Positions 29,184 through 40,379 of a stretch of DNA of 64,000 nucleotides are shown here, piece after piece (positions within the stretch are counted from its first letter, which is position 1; every line of letters begins with the position of its first letter). The notes beneath the pieces were generated by a model. It did no database searches, was not told the origin of the DNA, and saw nothing but the letters and a program-made list of their open reading frames with translations. Source of the DNA: Ignavibacteriota bacterium. GTDB lineage: Bacteria > Bacteroidota > Ignavibacteria > UBA10030 > UBA6906. The position numbers were made by a program, and so were the translations under genes. The DNA lies in contig CAWDEM010000004.1 in the NCBI GenBank assembly GCA_963801355.1, positions 32,001 to 96,000 of the forward strand. The letters run 5' to 3'.

Positions 29184-31624
29184 TGAAGAAACGCGCCGCC
29201 GGCCAACGCCGGCATCCACTCGAAGTGCCCTCCGACCGTCTTCGCTGGCACTGCGTCCCCTCATCGCTGGGCATTGCACAGATTGAAGAAGTCACGCCGC
29301 TGAAGGAAATCATCGGACAGGATCGCGCCCTGCGGGCATTGCATATCGGGCTGGAGATGAAGCATGTCGGGTACAATGTTTTTGTCACCGGCAGCAGCGG
29401 CACCGGCCGCACCACCTCCATCAAACAGCTCCTGCACGGCCTGGCGGAACAACCCGCGTCGTTGACGGACAAATGCTACGTGCACAACTTCCGTGATCCG
29501 GACTCCCCGTTGATGATCATGCTGCCGGCGGGACAGGGCACTGCGTTCAAGAAAGACATGGCCGCGTTCCTCTCCGAGTTAATGAAGGCCATCCCGGCTG
29601 TCTTCGACAGCCGCCGGTATGCAGACCAGCGCAAAACCACACTCGGACATTTTCAGGACCGCCAGCGCAGCATTCTCCGCGAGTTCGAAAAACGCGTCCG
29701 GGAGAAGGGATTCGAAGTTGTCCAGGTCCAGGGTGGCACCGGCAGCCGCCCCGAAATCGCACCCCTCATCGACGGCAATCCCGCCAGCATGGAGCAAATG
29801 CATGCCCGCATAGAGACCGGCGAGATGACCGAAGAGAACTTCAAGGCCCTGGTCGAGCAACATATGCTCCTCGAAAAGCAGATGGACCTCGTGATGCGTG
29901 AAATGCGGACCATCGAACGCAAGGCAAAACGCTCGCTGGAGGAATTGAACCACAAGATCGTGGTCCCGGTCGTCGAGGAATTGCTCGAGGACCTCCGCCA
30001 GCGCTATGAAAGTCCGCGCATCACCACATTTCTCAACGATGTTGAACAGAGCATTATCGAGAACGTTGCACGATTCCACACCCATGAAGAACCCCAACAG
30101 GCACTGATGTCGCTGGGCGCCGTCAAAGATGACGATGAGTTCCTGGAATACCAGGTCAACGTGATTGTCGACAACAGCGCCGTCAAAGGTGTCCCGGTAA
30201 TCATCGAAACCAATCCGCGCTACAAAAACCTCTTTGGCACCATCGAGCGTGTGGTGGACCGCAACGGGGTATGGCGGAGCGATTTCACCCGCGTGAAGGC
30301 GGGCTCAATACTGAAAGCCGACGGAGGGGTGCTGGTCCTGAATGCAACGGATGCACTCAGTGAACCCGGGGTGTACACGACGCTCAAACGCATCCTGCGC
30401 AACCGCCAGATTGAGATTCAGTCGCTGGAACAGGGGCTTTTCGGCGCGAGCTCCGCGTTGAAGCCCGAGCCGATCGACCTCAACGTCAAGGTCATCATGA
30501 TCGGCGATGCTTCGGTGTACCATCTGCTCTTCGCACTGGACGATGATTTCAAGAAGATTTTCAAGATTCGCGCCGACTTTGACTCCGAAATGGCCAACGA
30601 CGGGAAATCCATCTCCAGCTATCTCTCGTTCATCAAGACCCTCTGCGAACGCGAGGAGCTGCTGCCGTTCGAAGTGAGCGCTGCGGCGGAGGTGATCGAA
30701 TACGGCGCGCGGCTTGCCGGTCAACAGAACAAGCTCTCCACACGCTTCAGCGCCCTTGCGGACATCCTCCGGGAGGCAGATTACTGGGCCTCGGGAGAAA
30801 AGGCCGAGCGCGTCACAGCCACACACGTACGCAAAGCCATTGCCGAACGGATCGAGCGTTTCCGTCTCCTCGAAGACAAGATCCAGGAGATGATCCTGGA
30901 CGGATCCATCCTCATCGATTCCACCGGAGAAGTGGTCGGGCAGGTGAACGGTCTTTCCGTCTATGCCTTCGGGGAAACCGAATTCGGGCGGCCGACACGC
31001 ATCACCGCAAAGACCGCGGTGGGACGCGGCGGCATCATCAACATCGAACGGGAAGCCGCAATGAGCGGCCCGACGCACAACAAGGGCGTGTTGATCCTGA
31101 GCGGCTATCTTCATGCCCAGTATGCACAGGACAAACCCCTGGTCCTCAGCGCGAGCATCGCATTCGAGCAATCATACTCCGGGGTCGACGGCGACAGCGC
31201 ATCCTCCACCGAGATCTATGCGATCCTGTCGAGCCTTGCGAACCTTCCGTTGCGTCAGGATATCGCGGTGACCGGTTCCGTCAACCAGCACGGAAAGATC
31301 CAGCCGATCGGCGGCGTGAACCAGAAGGTGGAGGGGTTCTATGATGTCTGCAATGCGCGCGGCCTCACGGGTCATCAGGGTGTGCTCATCCCCATGCAAA
31401 ATGTCAAGGATCTGATGCTGCGTCACGACGTCGTCGATGCCGTCCGCGCCGGAAAATTCCACGTCTATGCCATCGACAGCATCGATCAGGGAATTGAGAT
31501 CCTGACCGGGAAGAAGGCCGGCGCCCGGAGTGCTTCGGGGAAGTTCACACCGGGCAGCGTGCATGCGCTTGTGAACAGTGTGCTGCAACGGTTCGCCCGC
31601 ACCAACAAAGCATTTGAAGCATGA
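29183..31624 (+). CDS. Lon-like AAA+ protease (LonB/LonC-type, S16)
   Basis: IIGQDRA, GSSGTGRTT, GQVNGL, VDGDSAS (Ser), IGGVNQKVEGF (Lys). ATG at 29183 overlaps the rodA stop. Confidence 0.92.
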   Translation: MKKRAAGQRRHPLEVPSDRLRWHCVPSSLGIAQIEEVTPLKEIIGQDRALRALHIGLEMKHVGYNVFVTGSSGTGRTTSIKQLLHGLAEQPASLTDKCYVHNFRDPDSPLMIMLPAGQGTAFKKDMAAFLSELMKAIPAVFDSRRYADQRKTTLGHFQDRQRSILREFEKRVREKGFEVVQVQGGTGSRPEIAPLIDGNPASMEQMHARIETGEMTEENFKALVEQHMLLEKQMDLVMREMRTIERKAKRSLEELNHKIVVPVVEELLEDLRQRYESPRITTFLNDVEQSIIENVARFHTHEEPQQALMSLGAVKDDDEFLEYQVNVIVDNSAVKGVPVIIETNPRYKNLFGTIERVVDRNGVWRSDFTRVKAGSILKADGGVLVLNATDALSEPGVYTTLKRILRNRQIEIQSLEQGLFGASSALKPEPIDLNVKVIMIGDASVYHLLFALDDDFKKIFKIRADFDSEMANDGKSISSYLSFIKTLCEREELLPFEVSAAAEVIEYGARLAGQQNKLSTRFSALADILREADYWASGEKAERVTATHVRKAIAERIERFRLLEDKIQEMILDGSILIDSTGEVVGQVNGLSVYAFGETEFGRPTRITAKTAVGRGGIINIEREAAMSGPTHNKGVLILSGYLHAQYAQDKPLVLSASIAFEQSYSGVDGDSASSTEIYAILSSLANLPLRQDIAVTGSVNQHGKIQPIGGVNQKVEGFYDVCNARGLTGHQGVLIPMQNVKDLMLRHDVVDAVRAGKFHVYAIDSIDQGIEILTGKKAGARSASGKFTPGSVHALVNSVLQRFARTNKAFEA

Positions 31625-33048
31625 CGCCAGAAGAATTCCGCGCACACGCGCATGAACTCGTCGATTGGATGGCGGACTATCTGGAAGGAGTCGGGCAGTA
31701 TCCGGTGAAATCTGCGGCTGCGCCGCGCGACATCATCCGCAAGCTCCCCGCAGCACCCCCCGACGCGGGAGAACCCTTTGACAATATCTTCCGCGATTTC
31801 CGTGAGATCGTTCTTCCGGGAATGACACACTGGCAGCATCCCTCGTTCTTCGCATACTTCCCCGCCAACAGCAGCCCGCCGTCTGTCCTGGCGGAAATGT
31901 TGACCGCCACACTGGCCGCGCAATGCATGAGCTGGGCGACATCACCGGCAGCCACCGAACTTGAAGAACGCATGATGGAGTGGCTGCGCGGGATGATCGG
32001 ACTGCCGGACGCATTCACCGGGGTGATTCAGGATACCGCATCCACGGCTACCCTGGCCGCGATCCTCTCGGCGCGGGAACGGCATACCGGTTTCCTCATC
32101 AATGAGCGCGGCTTCACGCCTGAAATGCGTTTCACGGTCTACTGCTCCACGGAAACGCACTCTTCTATTGAAAAGGCAGTCAAGATCGCCGGGTTGGGAA
32201 AGGCGCATCTGCGCAAACTCCCTGTGGATGACAGCTACGCGCTCATGCCGCGCGCCCTCGAAGACGCCATCGACCGCGACCGCCGCCGGGGGTATACACC
32301 CCTCTGCGTCATCGCCACAATCGGGACGACCGGTTCCACTGCAGTCGATCCGCTTCCGGCCATCGGCGCGATTTGCCGCAAGCACCGCCTCTGGCTGCAT
32401 GTAGACGCCGCCTTCGCCGGTTCCGCACTGATTCTTCCTGAAATGCGATGGATGATGGACGGCATTGAATACGCCGATTCGTTTGTGTTCAATCCGCACA
32501 AATGGCTTCTGACAAATTTCGACTGCACCGCGTTCTTTGTCAGGGATGTCGAATCCCTCGTGCGCACATTCGAAATCCTGCCCGAATATCTCAAGACTTC
32601 CGAAAGTGAACGGGTGAACAACTACCGCGACTGGGGTATTCAGCTCGGCCGCCGGTTCCGGGCTCTGAAGCTCTGGTTCGTCATCCGCTCGTACGGCGTC
32701 CAGGGCCTGCAGACCCGCCTAAGGGAACAGATTGCCATGGCGCATCGTCTCGCCGACACGATCGCACAGACACCCGATTTCGAACTCCTCGCACCCGTCC
32801 CCGTCAGTCTTGTCTGCTTCCGCTACCATCCAGAGGGGGTCGACGGGGATGCGCAACTCGACAGTCTGAACACCATGCTGATGGAACAACTGAACCGGAG
32901 CGGCGCGATGTACATCTCGCACACGAGACTCAAGGGGCACGTTGCCCTCCGCATGGCCATCGCACAGACATCCGTGCAGCAACACCACGTCGATGACGCC
33001 TGGACGCTGATTCTTCGCACAGCGCGGTCTCTGACGCCAACCACCTGA
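31621..33048 (+). CDS. PLP-dependent aromatic L-amino-acid (group II) decarboxylase
   Basis: PGMTHWQHP.FFAYF, SPAATELE, WLHVDAA, FNPHKW, DWGIQLGRRFRALKLW. Confidence 0.93.
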   Translation: MTPEEFRAHAHELVDWMADYLEGVGQYPVKSAAAPRDIIRKLPAAPPDAGEPFDNIFRDFREIVLPGMTHWQHPSFFAYFPANSSPPSVLAEMLTATLAAQCMSWATSPAATELEERMMEWLRGMIGLPDAFTGVIQDTASTATLAAILSARERHTGFLINERGFTPEMRFTVYCSTETHSSIEKAVKIAGLGKAHLRKLPVDDSYALMPRALEDAIDRDRRRGYTPLCVIATIGTTGSTAVDPLPAIGAICRKHRLWLHVDAAFAGSALILPEMRWMMDGIEYADSFVFNPHKWLLTNFDCTAFFVRDVESLVRTFEILPEYLKTSESERVNNYRDWGIQLGRRFRALKLWFVIRSYGVQGLQTRLREQIAMAHRLADTIAQTPDFELLAPVPVSLVCFRYHPEGVDGDAQLDSLNTMLMEQLNRSGAMYISHTRLKGHVALRMAIAQTSVQQHHVDDAWTLILRTARSLTPTT

Positions 33049-33061
33049 ATTCCGGGGACTC

Positions 33062-33619
33062 ATGATCCTCACCGATCAACGCATACTTGAGGAAATGGCG
33101 GCCGGCAGCATCGTCATTTCTCCTTTCGATCCGGCCTGCCTCGGATCGAACTCCTATGATGTCCACCTCGGAAAGACGCTTGCTGTGTACCGGGATGAAC
33201 TCCTGGATGCACGCGTCCACAATCAGGTGGACTATATGGAAATCCCCGACGATGGAGTCATTCTGCTGCCGCAGCGTTTCTATCTCGGTGTGACGCAGGA
33301 GTACACCGAAACGCACCGGCACGTGCCGTTTCTCGAGGGCAAGAGCAGTATCGGCCGCCTCGGCATTGACATTCATGCAACGGCGGGAAAAGGAGACGTC
33401 GGCTTCTGTAACACCTGGACACTGGAAATTTCTGTCAAGCAACCTGTGCGGGTGTACGCAGGGATGCCCATCGGACAGCTCATCTACTTCGAAATCTCCG
33501 GAACCATTGCCACACCGTATGCCCGGAAGGCTTCGGCAAAATATGCGCAACGCACCGATAAACCGGTCGAATCAATGATGTGGAAGAATTTCCCGCAGTC
33601 AGCGGAGGAATCAGACTAA
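33062..33619 (+). CDS. dcd: dCTP deaminase
   Basis: SYDVHLG, EGKSSIGRLG, TLEI, PIGQL. Confidence 0.93.
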   Translation: MILTDQRILEEMAAGSIVISPFDPACLGSNSYDVHLGKTLAVYRDELLDARVHNQVDYMEIPDDGVILLPQRFYLGVTQEYTETHRHVPFLEGKSSIGRLGIDIHATAGKGDVGFCNTWTLEISVKQPVRVYAGMPIGQLIYFEISGTIATPYARKASAKYAQRTDKPVESMMWKNFPQSAEESD

Positions 33620-35809
33620 TGAGCCTTGTTCTTCGATTTGCGTGTGCGGATGTTCTCAGATCTGTGTGTTCTGAGATTCTCCAATCTGTGTATGCTGGTT
33701 TTTTGCGACCTGTGTGTGCCGGTCTTCTCCTGGGGGCGCTGCTTTGCGGACCCGGTGCCGCGCAAGACAGTCATCCGACGGCCCAGCCGACGACGCAGCC
33801 GATGACTCGCCCAACGACCCGGCCAATGACCCTGGATGACGTGCTGGCCATGAAACGCATCGCCTCACCGGCCCTTTCTCCGGACGGACGGCGGATAGTC
33901 TTCACGGTAACCACGCCGGATCGCGGACTCAACAAGAACCTCTCCGATCTCTGGGTCGTCTCCGTCGACGGCACCGGAATGCGCCAGCTCACCACACATG
34001 TGGCAGCGGACCGCAGCCCGGTCTGGTCGCCTGACGGCAAATGGATTGCGTTTGAGTCGTCGCGCTCCGGCGACAACCAGATCTGGCTGATCAGTCCGGA
34101 GGGCGGCGAACCGCAGCAGTTCACACATCTCTCCACGGGCGCTGCACAGGCGGTCTGGTCGCCGGATGCGTCGCTCATCGCATATGTGTCGGAAATCTTT
34201 CCTGAATACTCCGACAGACCGTTTCCCGAAAGCGACTCTCTCAACGCAACAGAAGCTGAAGGAACTCGCGGAAGGCCAGGTCAAAGCGCAACTGTTCACC
34301 CGCTTGCTCTACCGGCATTGGGACCACTGGGTACAGGAGAAGCGTCAACACATCTTTCTGCAGCCGGTGGCAGGAGGTCCTCCCCGCGATCTGACCCCCG
34401 GCGACCGGGACGCAGTCCCCTCTTCATCCACGTTTGCTGCAGGAAACGAGTTTGCGTTTTCTCCCGACGGGACCGAGTTGGCCTACACCGCGACACCACT
34501 GCCCGTGCGCGAGGAAGCCTGGAGCACCAATCACGACATTTACATCATTCCCGTTGCCGGTGGAACACCACGCCAGTTCACCACGAATCCCGCCGCTGAC
34601 GGCTGTCCGCGCTATTCTCCCGACGGACGATGGATCGCGTATAGGGCGCAGCAACGGCCCGGCTGTGAAGCGGACCGATGGCAGTTGATGCTTTTCGATC
34701 GCCGCACGGAGAGCACACGCAGCCTGACGGCCTCGTTCGACGCATCGGTGGGCGAGCTGCACTGGTCACCGGACAACAGCTCTCTTTTCTTCGAATCGGA
34801 CGAAAAGGGAACGACGCCGGTCTTCTCCGTTCCGCTCGCAGGGGGTGTACACAAAATCGTGGATGGACAGAACAATCATGATATTTCCGTTGCACCTGAC
34901 GGGTCGTTTCTGCTTTTTACACGTTCTCACTCCGCCCGCCCTGCCGAATTGTACAGCGCACGCACGGATGGTTCTCAACTCCGGCGCATCACGGGCATCA
35001 ACGATTCGATCTTTGCCGCCCTGGACGTGCCGTCACCGGAATCTGTCTGGTACCAAGGCGCAGGAGGGGCAAAGATCCAGGCATGGCTCTTCAAGCCGCC
35101 GCAGTTCGACGCGCGGAAGAAGTATCCCCTCATCGTCATGATACATGGAGGTCCCCAGGGTGCATGGGGCGGGTGGTCATACCGTTGGAATCCGCCATTG
35201 TGGGCCGCCCGGGGCTACGTGGTGATTGCCCCGAATCCGCGCGGCAGTACAGGATTTGGACAGCAGTTCACCGATGACATCCGCAACGACTGGGGCGGCA
35301 AAGTGTTCATCGATATTATGCGCGGTGTGGACTACGCGGCAGCACTGCCATATGTCGACAGCACCCGGATGGCGGCAGCCGGCGCATCATTCGGCGGTTA
35401 CATGGTGAACTACCTGCTCGGCAACGCCGGCGGCCGTTTCAAGGCTCTTGTCTCTCACGCGGGCATCTACAATCTCGAAAGCATGTATGGCGGCACTGAC
35501 GAAGTGTGGTTCGATGAGTGGGAACACGGCGGCATGCCCTGGGAAAATCCGGAGGAGTATCGACGTTACTCGCCGCACGTGTTTGCCAAAAACTTCAGAA
35601 CTCCTACACTCGTCATCCATGGTGCCAACGACTTCCGCATTCCCTTCACCGAAGCCATGCAACTCTTCACCGCGCTGCAACGACAGGGAGTGCCATCGGA
35701 GTTCCTGTACTTCCCCGACGAAACACACTGGGTGATGAAGCCGGCCAACAGCGTGCTCTGGCATGAAACGGTGTTTGGATGGTTGTCACGTTACCTTCAA
35801 AAGAATTAA
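33619..35809 (+). CDS. S9 family (dipeptidyl-peptidase 5-like) peptidase with TolB/PD40 propeller; frameshift ~34249
   Basis: SPDG repeats, IHGGPQ, NPRGSTGFG, GASFGG (Ser), DFRIP (Asp), FPDETHW (His). Confidence 0.92.
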
Positions 35810-35946
35810 GGAGCAGTGCTGCGGCAGCGGGGTATATGATTCATCTCCTCAATGCTCATCCATCGGGCATTGCGGCGCGGCCGATGCAGGCCATTGGATC
35901 GTCTTTGACATCGTAAGGATCAAGAGCTATCACTCAGGGACACGGC

Positions 35947-36603
35947 ATGCGAACAATCTCCTCGACGCTCTTCCACCGGGCGCTGCCGCCGGAACGGAGT
36001 ACAGACGGGCCTCCACCGCTTCTCATACTGCTGCACGGGCGCGGTGCTGACGAAGAGGATCTTCTGGGCCTCGCCCCGGTGTTCGACGAACGTTTCTTCC
36101 TGGTCAGCGTCCGGGCTCCGTTCCCCTACGAGTACGGCGGGTTCACCTGGTACGACATTACGTCCAGCGCAGTGCCGGACCCCATCCGCTTCCGTGAAAG
36201 CTGTGACCGCCTGCATCAGTTTGCTCTGGATGTGCGTGCAGGATATCCGGTGGACCCCCAACGCGTCTTTCTGTTTGGTTTCAGTATGGGATGCGTCATG
36301 TCGTTTGCCATGGCGCTCTCTGATCCGGAATTGGTCCGCGGTGTTTCCGCCAACAGCGGCTACGTTCCCGAAGGAACACATCTCACGTTCCGGTGGCAGG
36401 AACTTCAGTCTGTGGAGTTTTTTGTCACACACGGCATGTTTGATACCGTGCTTCCGATTTCATTTGCACGCCGCTCCCAGGAACTCCTCAAGGCGTCGAA
36501 TGCGAAATTCACCTACCGGGAGTATCCTGCGGGGCACGAATTGACCGAGGAGGGGCTGCGGGCAACATCCGAGTGGCTGAAGGGGTTGATTGGAGGGGAA
36601 TGA
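35947..36603 (+). CDS. Phospholipase/carboxylesterase (alpha/beta hydrolase)
   Basis: LLHGRG, GFSMG, HG..D, GHEL. Confidence 0.9.
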   Translation: MRTISSTLFHRALPPERSTDGPPPLLILLHGRGADEEDLLGLAPVFDERFFLVSVRAPFPYEYGGFTWYDITSSAVPDPIRFRESCDRLHQFALDVRAGYPVDPQRVFLFGFSMGCVMSFAMALSDPELVRGVSANSGYVPEGTHLTFRWQELQSVEFFVTHGMFDTVLPISFARRSQELLKASNAKFTYREYPAGHELTEEGLRATSEWLKGLIGGE

Positions 36604-36611
36604 CGGAATTC

Positions 36612-36778
36612 ACTGTGAGATTGCGTCGGCCCTTCGGGCCTCGCAAGGGACGAGCGGGACGAAGCAATCTCAGACATTCTGGCTTCACTTGGAGATCGCT
36701 CCGTTGCCCCGCTCGTCGCAATGACAGATGACCGTAGACTGTGAGCTTGCGTCGGCCCTTCGGGCCTCGCAATGACAG
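36612..36778. repeat. Cluster of REP-like palindromic repeats between convergent genes
   Basis: 35-bp near-identical copies at 36612-36646 and 36738-36772 (ACTGTGAGMTTGCGTCGGCCCTTCGGGCCTCGCAA), a related copy ending TCGCAATGACA at ~36716-36726, and an inverted GCAATCTCA at ~36664. Confidence 0.85.
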
Positions 36779-36806
36779 ACGACCGCACGCGCTACTTCGT
36801 AATGCC

Positions 36807-39065
36807 TCAGGTCCCTTCCTGAGCACTCCACACAGCCATCGCCGTCAGATTCACGATATCCGCCACCTCGTTACCGGGGATCAGCAGATACACGGGTTTC
36901 TTGATGCCCAGGAGGATCGGGCCGACCATTTCCGCACCGCCGAGTTGATTGAGAAGCTTGTACGCGATGTTGGCCGATTCGAGGTTCGGGCAGATCAGCA
37001 CGTTCGCCCCGGTTTTCAATGCACTGAAAGGATAGAGGGTCTTCAGGATATCCGTAGAGACCGCGGTGTCAGCCATCATTTCACCGTCTACCACGAGATC
37101 CGGTGCTCGGCCCTTGACGATTTCCGCGGCCCGCGCCATTTTTGTTGCTGACGGGTGCGACGTACTCCCGAAATTGCTGAACGAAAGCATCGCGATGCGG
37201 GGCTCGATACCGAAACCGCGTAACTTCTCCGCTGCCAGGATGGCGATATCCGCCAGCTGTTCCGCCGTCGGATCGAAATTGACGGTTGCGTCTGCAATGA
37301 ACAGCACTTCTTTCTTGAAGATCAGCATGTACATACCGGCAATCGTGGAGATACCCGGGCGGGCCTTGATGATCTGCAGCGCCGGCCGGATGGTGCCGGG
37401 ATAGTTTTGCGTCAGTCCTGCAACCAGACCGTCCGCATCTCCTTCGTTCACCATCATCATCCCGAAATTGATGGGGGACACCACGTTGGTGTGCGCGTCG
37501 GTGCGCGTGATGCCCTTGCGCTTGCGGAGTTCGAAATACTTGTCGGCATACAGATCGAGCTTCGGTGAACCCGTCGGCTCAATGATCTCCGCACCCTTGA
37601 GATCCAGATCGAGAGCCTTCACCCGCTCCTCGATCGTCGCCCGGTTGCCGAGAAGAATCGGTGTGGCAATCTCCTCGTCCAGTATGATCTGTGTCGCCCG
37701 CAGGATTGGGTCTTCATTCCCTTCGGGAAACACTATCCGTTTCGGCGCTTTCTGGGCTTTGTGAATGAACATCCGCATGATTTCCTTGGAGCGCCCGAAA
37801 CGGCTTTCCAGCTGATCGCGGTACGCATCAAGATCTGCAATCGGCTGGCGCGCCACCCCGGTCTCCATCGCGGCCTTGGCTACGGCCGGGGCTTCCCACA
37901 GCAGCACACGCGGGTCGAGGGGTTTCGGAATGATATAGTTCCTCCCGAACTTGATCTGCACGCCGCCGTACGCCTTGATCACCGAATCGGGAACGTCTTC
38001 CTTGGCGAGACTGGCCAGGGCATGCGAGGCCGCAAGTTTCATCTCGTCATTGATCGTGGACGCCATCACATCAAGGGCGCCGCGGAAGATAAACGGAAAA
38101 CCGAGCACATTGTTCACCTGGTTCGGATAATCCGAACGGCCCGTCGCTATGACGACATCCTTGCGTGCGTCAAGCGCGTCCTCCGGCGTGATCTCCGGGT
38201 CGGGATTGGCCATCGCGAAAATGATCGGATCCCGCGCCATGGTCTTGACCATCTCCTTGGTCAGCACACCCTTCACGGAAACCCCCGCAAAGACATCGGC
38301 ACCCTTTATGGCATCGGCGAGCGTTCGCGCCGTTGTCTCGATGGCAAAGTACTCCTTGTACGGATTCATGCCTTCCTTGCGTCCCTTGTACACCACACCC
38401 TTGGTGTCGCAAAGGATGAGGTTCTCGCGTTTCACGCCGAGCGTGACATAGAACTTCGCGCACGCGATACCTGCGGCACCGGCGCCGCTGAACACGACTT
38501 TCACCTGGTCGATCTTCTTCCCGACAATCTCCAGCGCGTTTACCAATCCCGCCCCTGAAATAATCGCCGTGCCATGCTGGTCATCATGGAAGACCGGAAT
38601 GTTCATGATCTTCTTCAGGGATTCTTCGATATGGAAGCACTCCGGCGCCTTGATGTCTTCCAGATTGATGCCGCCGAAGGTCGGCTCGAGAGCCTTGACA
38701 ATCCTGATTATTTCTTCGGGATCGTGCGTATTGAGTTCGATGTCAAACACATCCACATCGGCAAATCTCTTGAAGAGAACACCTTTCCCCTCCATGACGG
38801 GTTTGCCCGCCATGGCCCCGATATCACCAAGACCGAGCACCGCGGTGCCGTTACTGACCACCGCAACCAGATTTCCTTTCGCCGTATACTTGTATGCGTC
38901 AGCCGGATTGGCCTGTATCTCCAGGCAGGGTTCTGCAACGCCGGGAGTGTAGGCCAGTGCAAGATCTCTCTGTGTCGCACAGGGTTTTGTGGAAACAACC
39001 TCGATTTTGCCTCTGCGTCCCATGCTGTGATAGTCGAGTGCATCCTGCTTGCGGATCATCGCCAT
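36807..39065 (-). CDS. maeB: NADP-dependent malic enzyme with phosphotransacetylase-like domain
   Basis: [39 protein letters not shown]; C-terminal RIVFPEG...LSFSNFGS. Confidence 0.97.
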   Translation of the reverse strand: MAMIRKQDALDYHSMGRRGKIEVVSTKPCATQRDLALAYTPGVAEPCLEIQANPADAYKYTAKGNLVAVVSNGTAVLGLGDIGAMAGKPVMEGKGVLFKRFADVDVFDIELNTHDPEEIIRIVKALEPTFGGINLEDIKAPECFHIEESLKKIMNIPVFHDDQHGTAIISGAGLVNALEIVGKKIDQVKVVFSGAGAAGIACAKFYVTLGVKRENLILCDTKGVVYKGRKEGMNPYKEYFAIETTARTLADAIKGADVFAGVSVKGVLTKEMVKTMARDPIIFAMANPDPEITPEDALDARKDVVIATGRSDYPNQVNNVLGFPFIFRGALDVMASTINDEMKLAASHALASLAKEDVPDSVIKAYGGVQIKFGRNYIIPKPLDPRVLLWEAPAVAKAAMETGVARQPIADLDAYRDQLESRFGRSKEIMRMFIHKAQKAPKRIVFPEGNEDPILRATQIILDEEIATPILLGNRATIEERVKALDLDLKGAEIIEPTGSPKLDLYADKYFELRKRKGITRTDAHTNVVSPINFGMMMVNEGDADGLVAGLTQNYPGTIRPALQIIKARPGISTIAGMYMLIFKKEVLFIADATVNFDPTAEQLADIAILAAEKLRGFGIEPRIAMLSFSNFGSTSHPSATKMARAAEIVKGRAPDLVVDGEMMADTAVSTDILKTLYPFSALKTGANVLICPNLESANIAYKLLNQLGGAEMVGPILLGIKKPVYLLIPGNEVADIVNLTAMAVWSAQEGT

Positions 39066-39118
39066 GACCGGGACTCCTTGTCTGTAAGATGTGTTGATAC
39101 CGCAGATGAGTGGAAGGC

Positions 39119-39147
39119 AAGATACAACAAACCAATGTGCGGGTCAA
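39119..39147 (-). promoter_or_regulatory. sigma70-type promoter upstream of maeB
   Basis: Minus strand TTGACC-N17-TATCTT. Confidence 0.6.
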
Positions 39148-39367
39148 CATCAGATACCTTGATTTTCAGGCCCTCATTAGGTACTTTGGACAAACCACTG
39201 GGTACCTAACATCAGATGTTGTGCTGTGACCTCCCATCGGACTTGCGGCGTTGTACCGGCCAATGTCCGGCCCCTGCTTCGCGTCCGTAGTGTCTCTATC
39301 CCCGGCTGTCGTGCGAAATTCTGTCCGGCGTGTACGCGTGTCGCCGTGTTCGCCCCATGGGTGCACC

Positions 39368-40075
39368 ATGCTGGGTAGCATTTTCCGGCTGGCGGGAGCA
39401 GTGGCGGTCACTGTGGTGATGGCTGTTGTGGCCATCGTGGCGCTGGTATTCGACCGGTCCGGCAAGAAGTATCACTGGGTTTCACGCACATGGTCCCGCA
39501 TTGCAGTGCGTGTGTGCGGCGTACGGATTAAGGTCCGCGGGACGGAGCACCTGCAGCACGGGCGCTCCTACATTTATGTCTGCAACCACGCCAGCATGAT
39601 TGACATCCCCGTGGTGTCGGCAGGCATCCCCGACGATCTCCGGATCGTGTATAAACGCGAACTGGAGAAGATTCCGGTGTTCGGCTGGGGGTTGCGGTGG
39701 AGCAACTATATCGGCATCGACCGCGGAAGCAGTTCCGAAGCACGGCGCAGTCTGGATGATGCCGTCGAGAAGATACGCAACGGTGCGTCTGTTCTGATGT
39801 TCGCAGAAGGAACCCGGACGTCCGACGGAAAGCTCCAGCCGTTCAAGCGGGGAGCATTCCACCTTGCGGCGCGCTCGGGCGTGCCCATCGTGCCACTGAC
39901 TATCAACGGCTCCTTCAGCATCGTGCCGAAGCACTCGCTCCGGCTCCGTCCCGGGACGGTGGAGCTGGTGCTGTCGCCGCCGGTTTCTGTCGACGCCGTA
40001 CAGGGAAAAGATGCCGAACTTGAACTGATGGAGAAGGTGCGTTCCGCCATCGCAGCCGAGTACCACGACCAGTAA
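39368..40075 (+). CDS. plsC: 1-acyl-sn-glycerol-3-phosphate acyltransferase
   Basis: NHASMID, FAEGTR, FKRGAF, VPIVP. ATG 39368. Confidence 0.92.
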   Translation: MLGSIFRLAGAVAVTVVMAVVAIVALVFDRSGKKYHWVSRTWSRIAVRVCGVRIKVRGTEHLQHGRSYIYVCNHASMIDIPVVSAGIPDDLRIVYKRELEKIPVFGWGLRWSNYIGIDRGSSSEARRSLDDAVEKIRNGASVLMFAEGTRTSDGKLQPFKRGAFHLAARSGVPIVPLTINGSFSIVPKHSLRLRPGTVELVLSPPVSVDAVQGKDAELELMEKVRSAIAAEYHDQ

Positions 40076-40085
40076 GGAATTGCCC

Positions 40086-40379
40086 GTGCCCGTCACCATC
40101 GCCGATGTAGAACATGTTGCCCATCTCGCCCGCCTCTCCTTCTCCGATGATGAGAAGGTCCGTCTGACCAAGGAGCTCAACAGCATTCTGGAGTACATGG
40201 ACCAGCTGAACACGCTCGATACAACCGGGGTGGAGCCGCTCGCGCATGTCATCCAGCTGCAGAACGTGTTCCGCGAGGACGTCCTGACACCGGGGGTCAC
40301 CAGGGAAGAAGCCCTGAAGAATGCGCCTGCACATTCGGAGGAATTTTTCAAAGTGCCCAAAGTCATCAGCGAACGATGA
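40086..40379 (+). CDS. gatC: Asp/Glu-tRNA amidotransferase subunit C
   Basis: DVEHVAHLARL...LDTTGVEP...FRED...FFKVPKV. Confidence 0.95.
   Translation: MPVTIADVEHVAHLARLSFSDDEKVRLTKELNSILEYMDQLNTLDTTGVEPLAHVIQLQNVFREDVLTPGVTREEALKNAPAHSEEFFKVPKVISER

Noticed and set aside
35810-35946. Riboswitch or ncRNA upstream of the carboxylesterase
   Set aside because: Only weak hairpins (CATCGG...CCGATG) and no recognisable aptamer motif
40086-40379. gatC without adjacent gatA/gatB
   Set aside because: Dispersed gat genes are common in bacteria, so this is not unusual by itself
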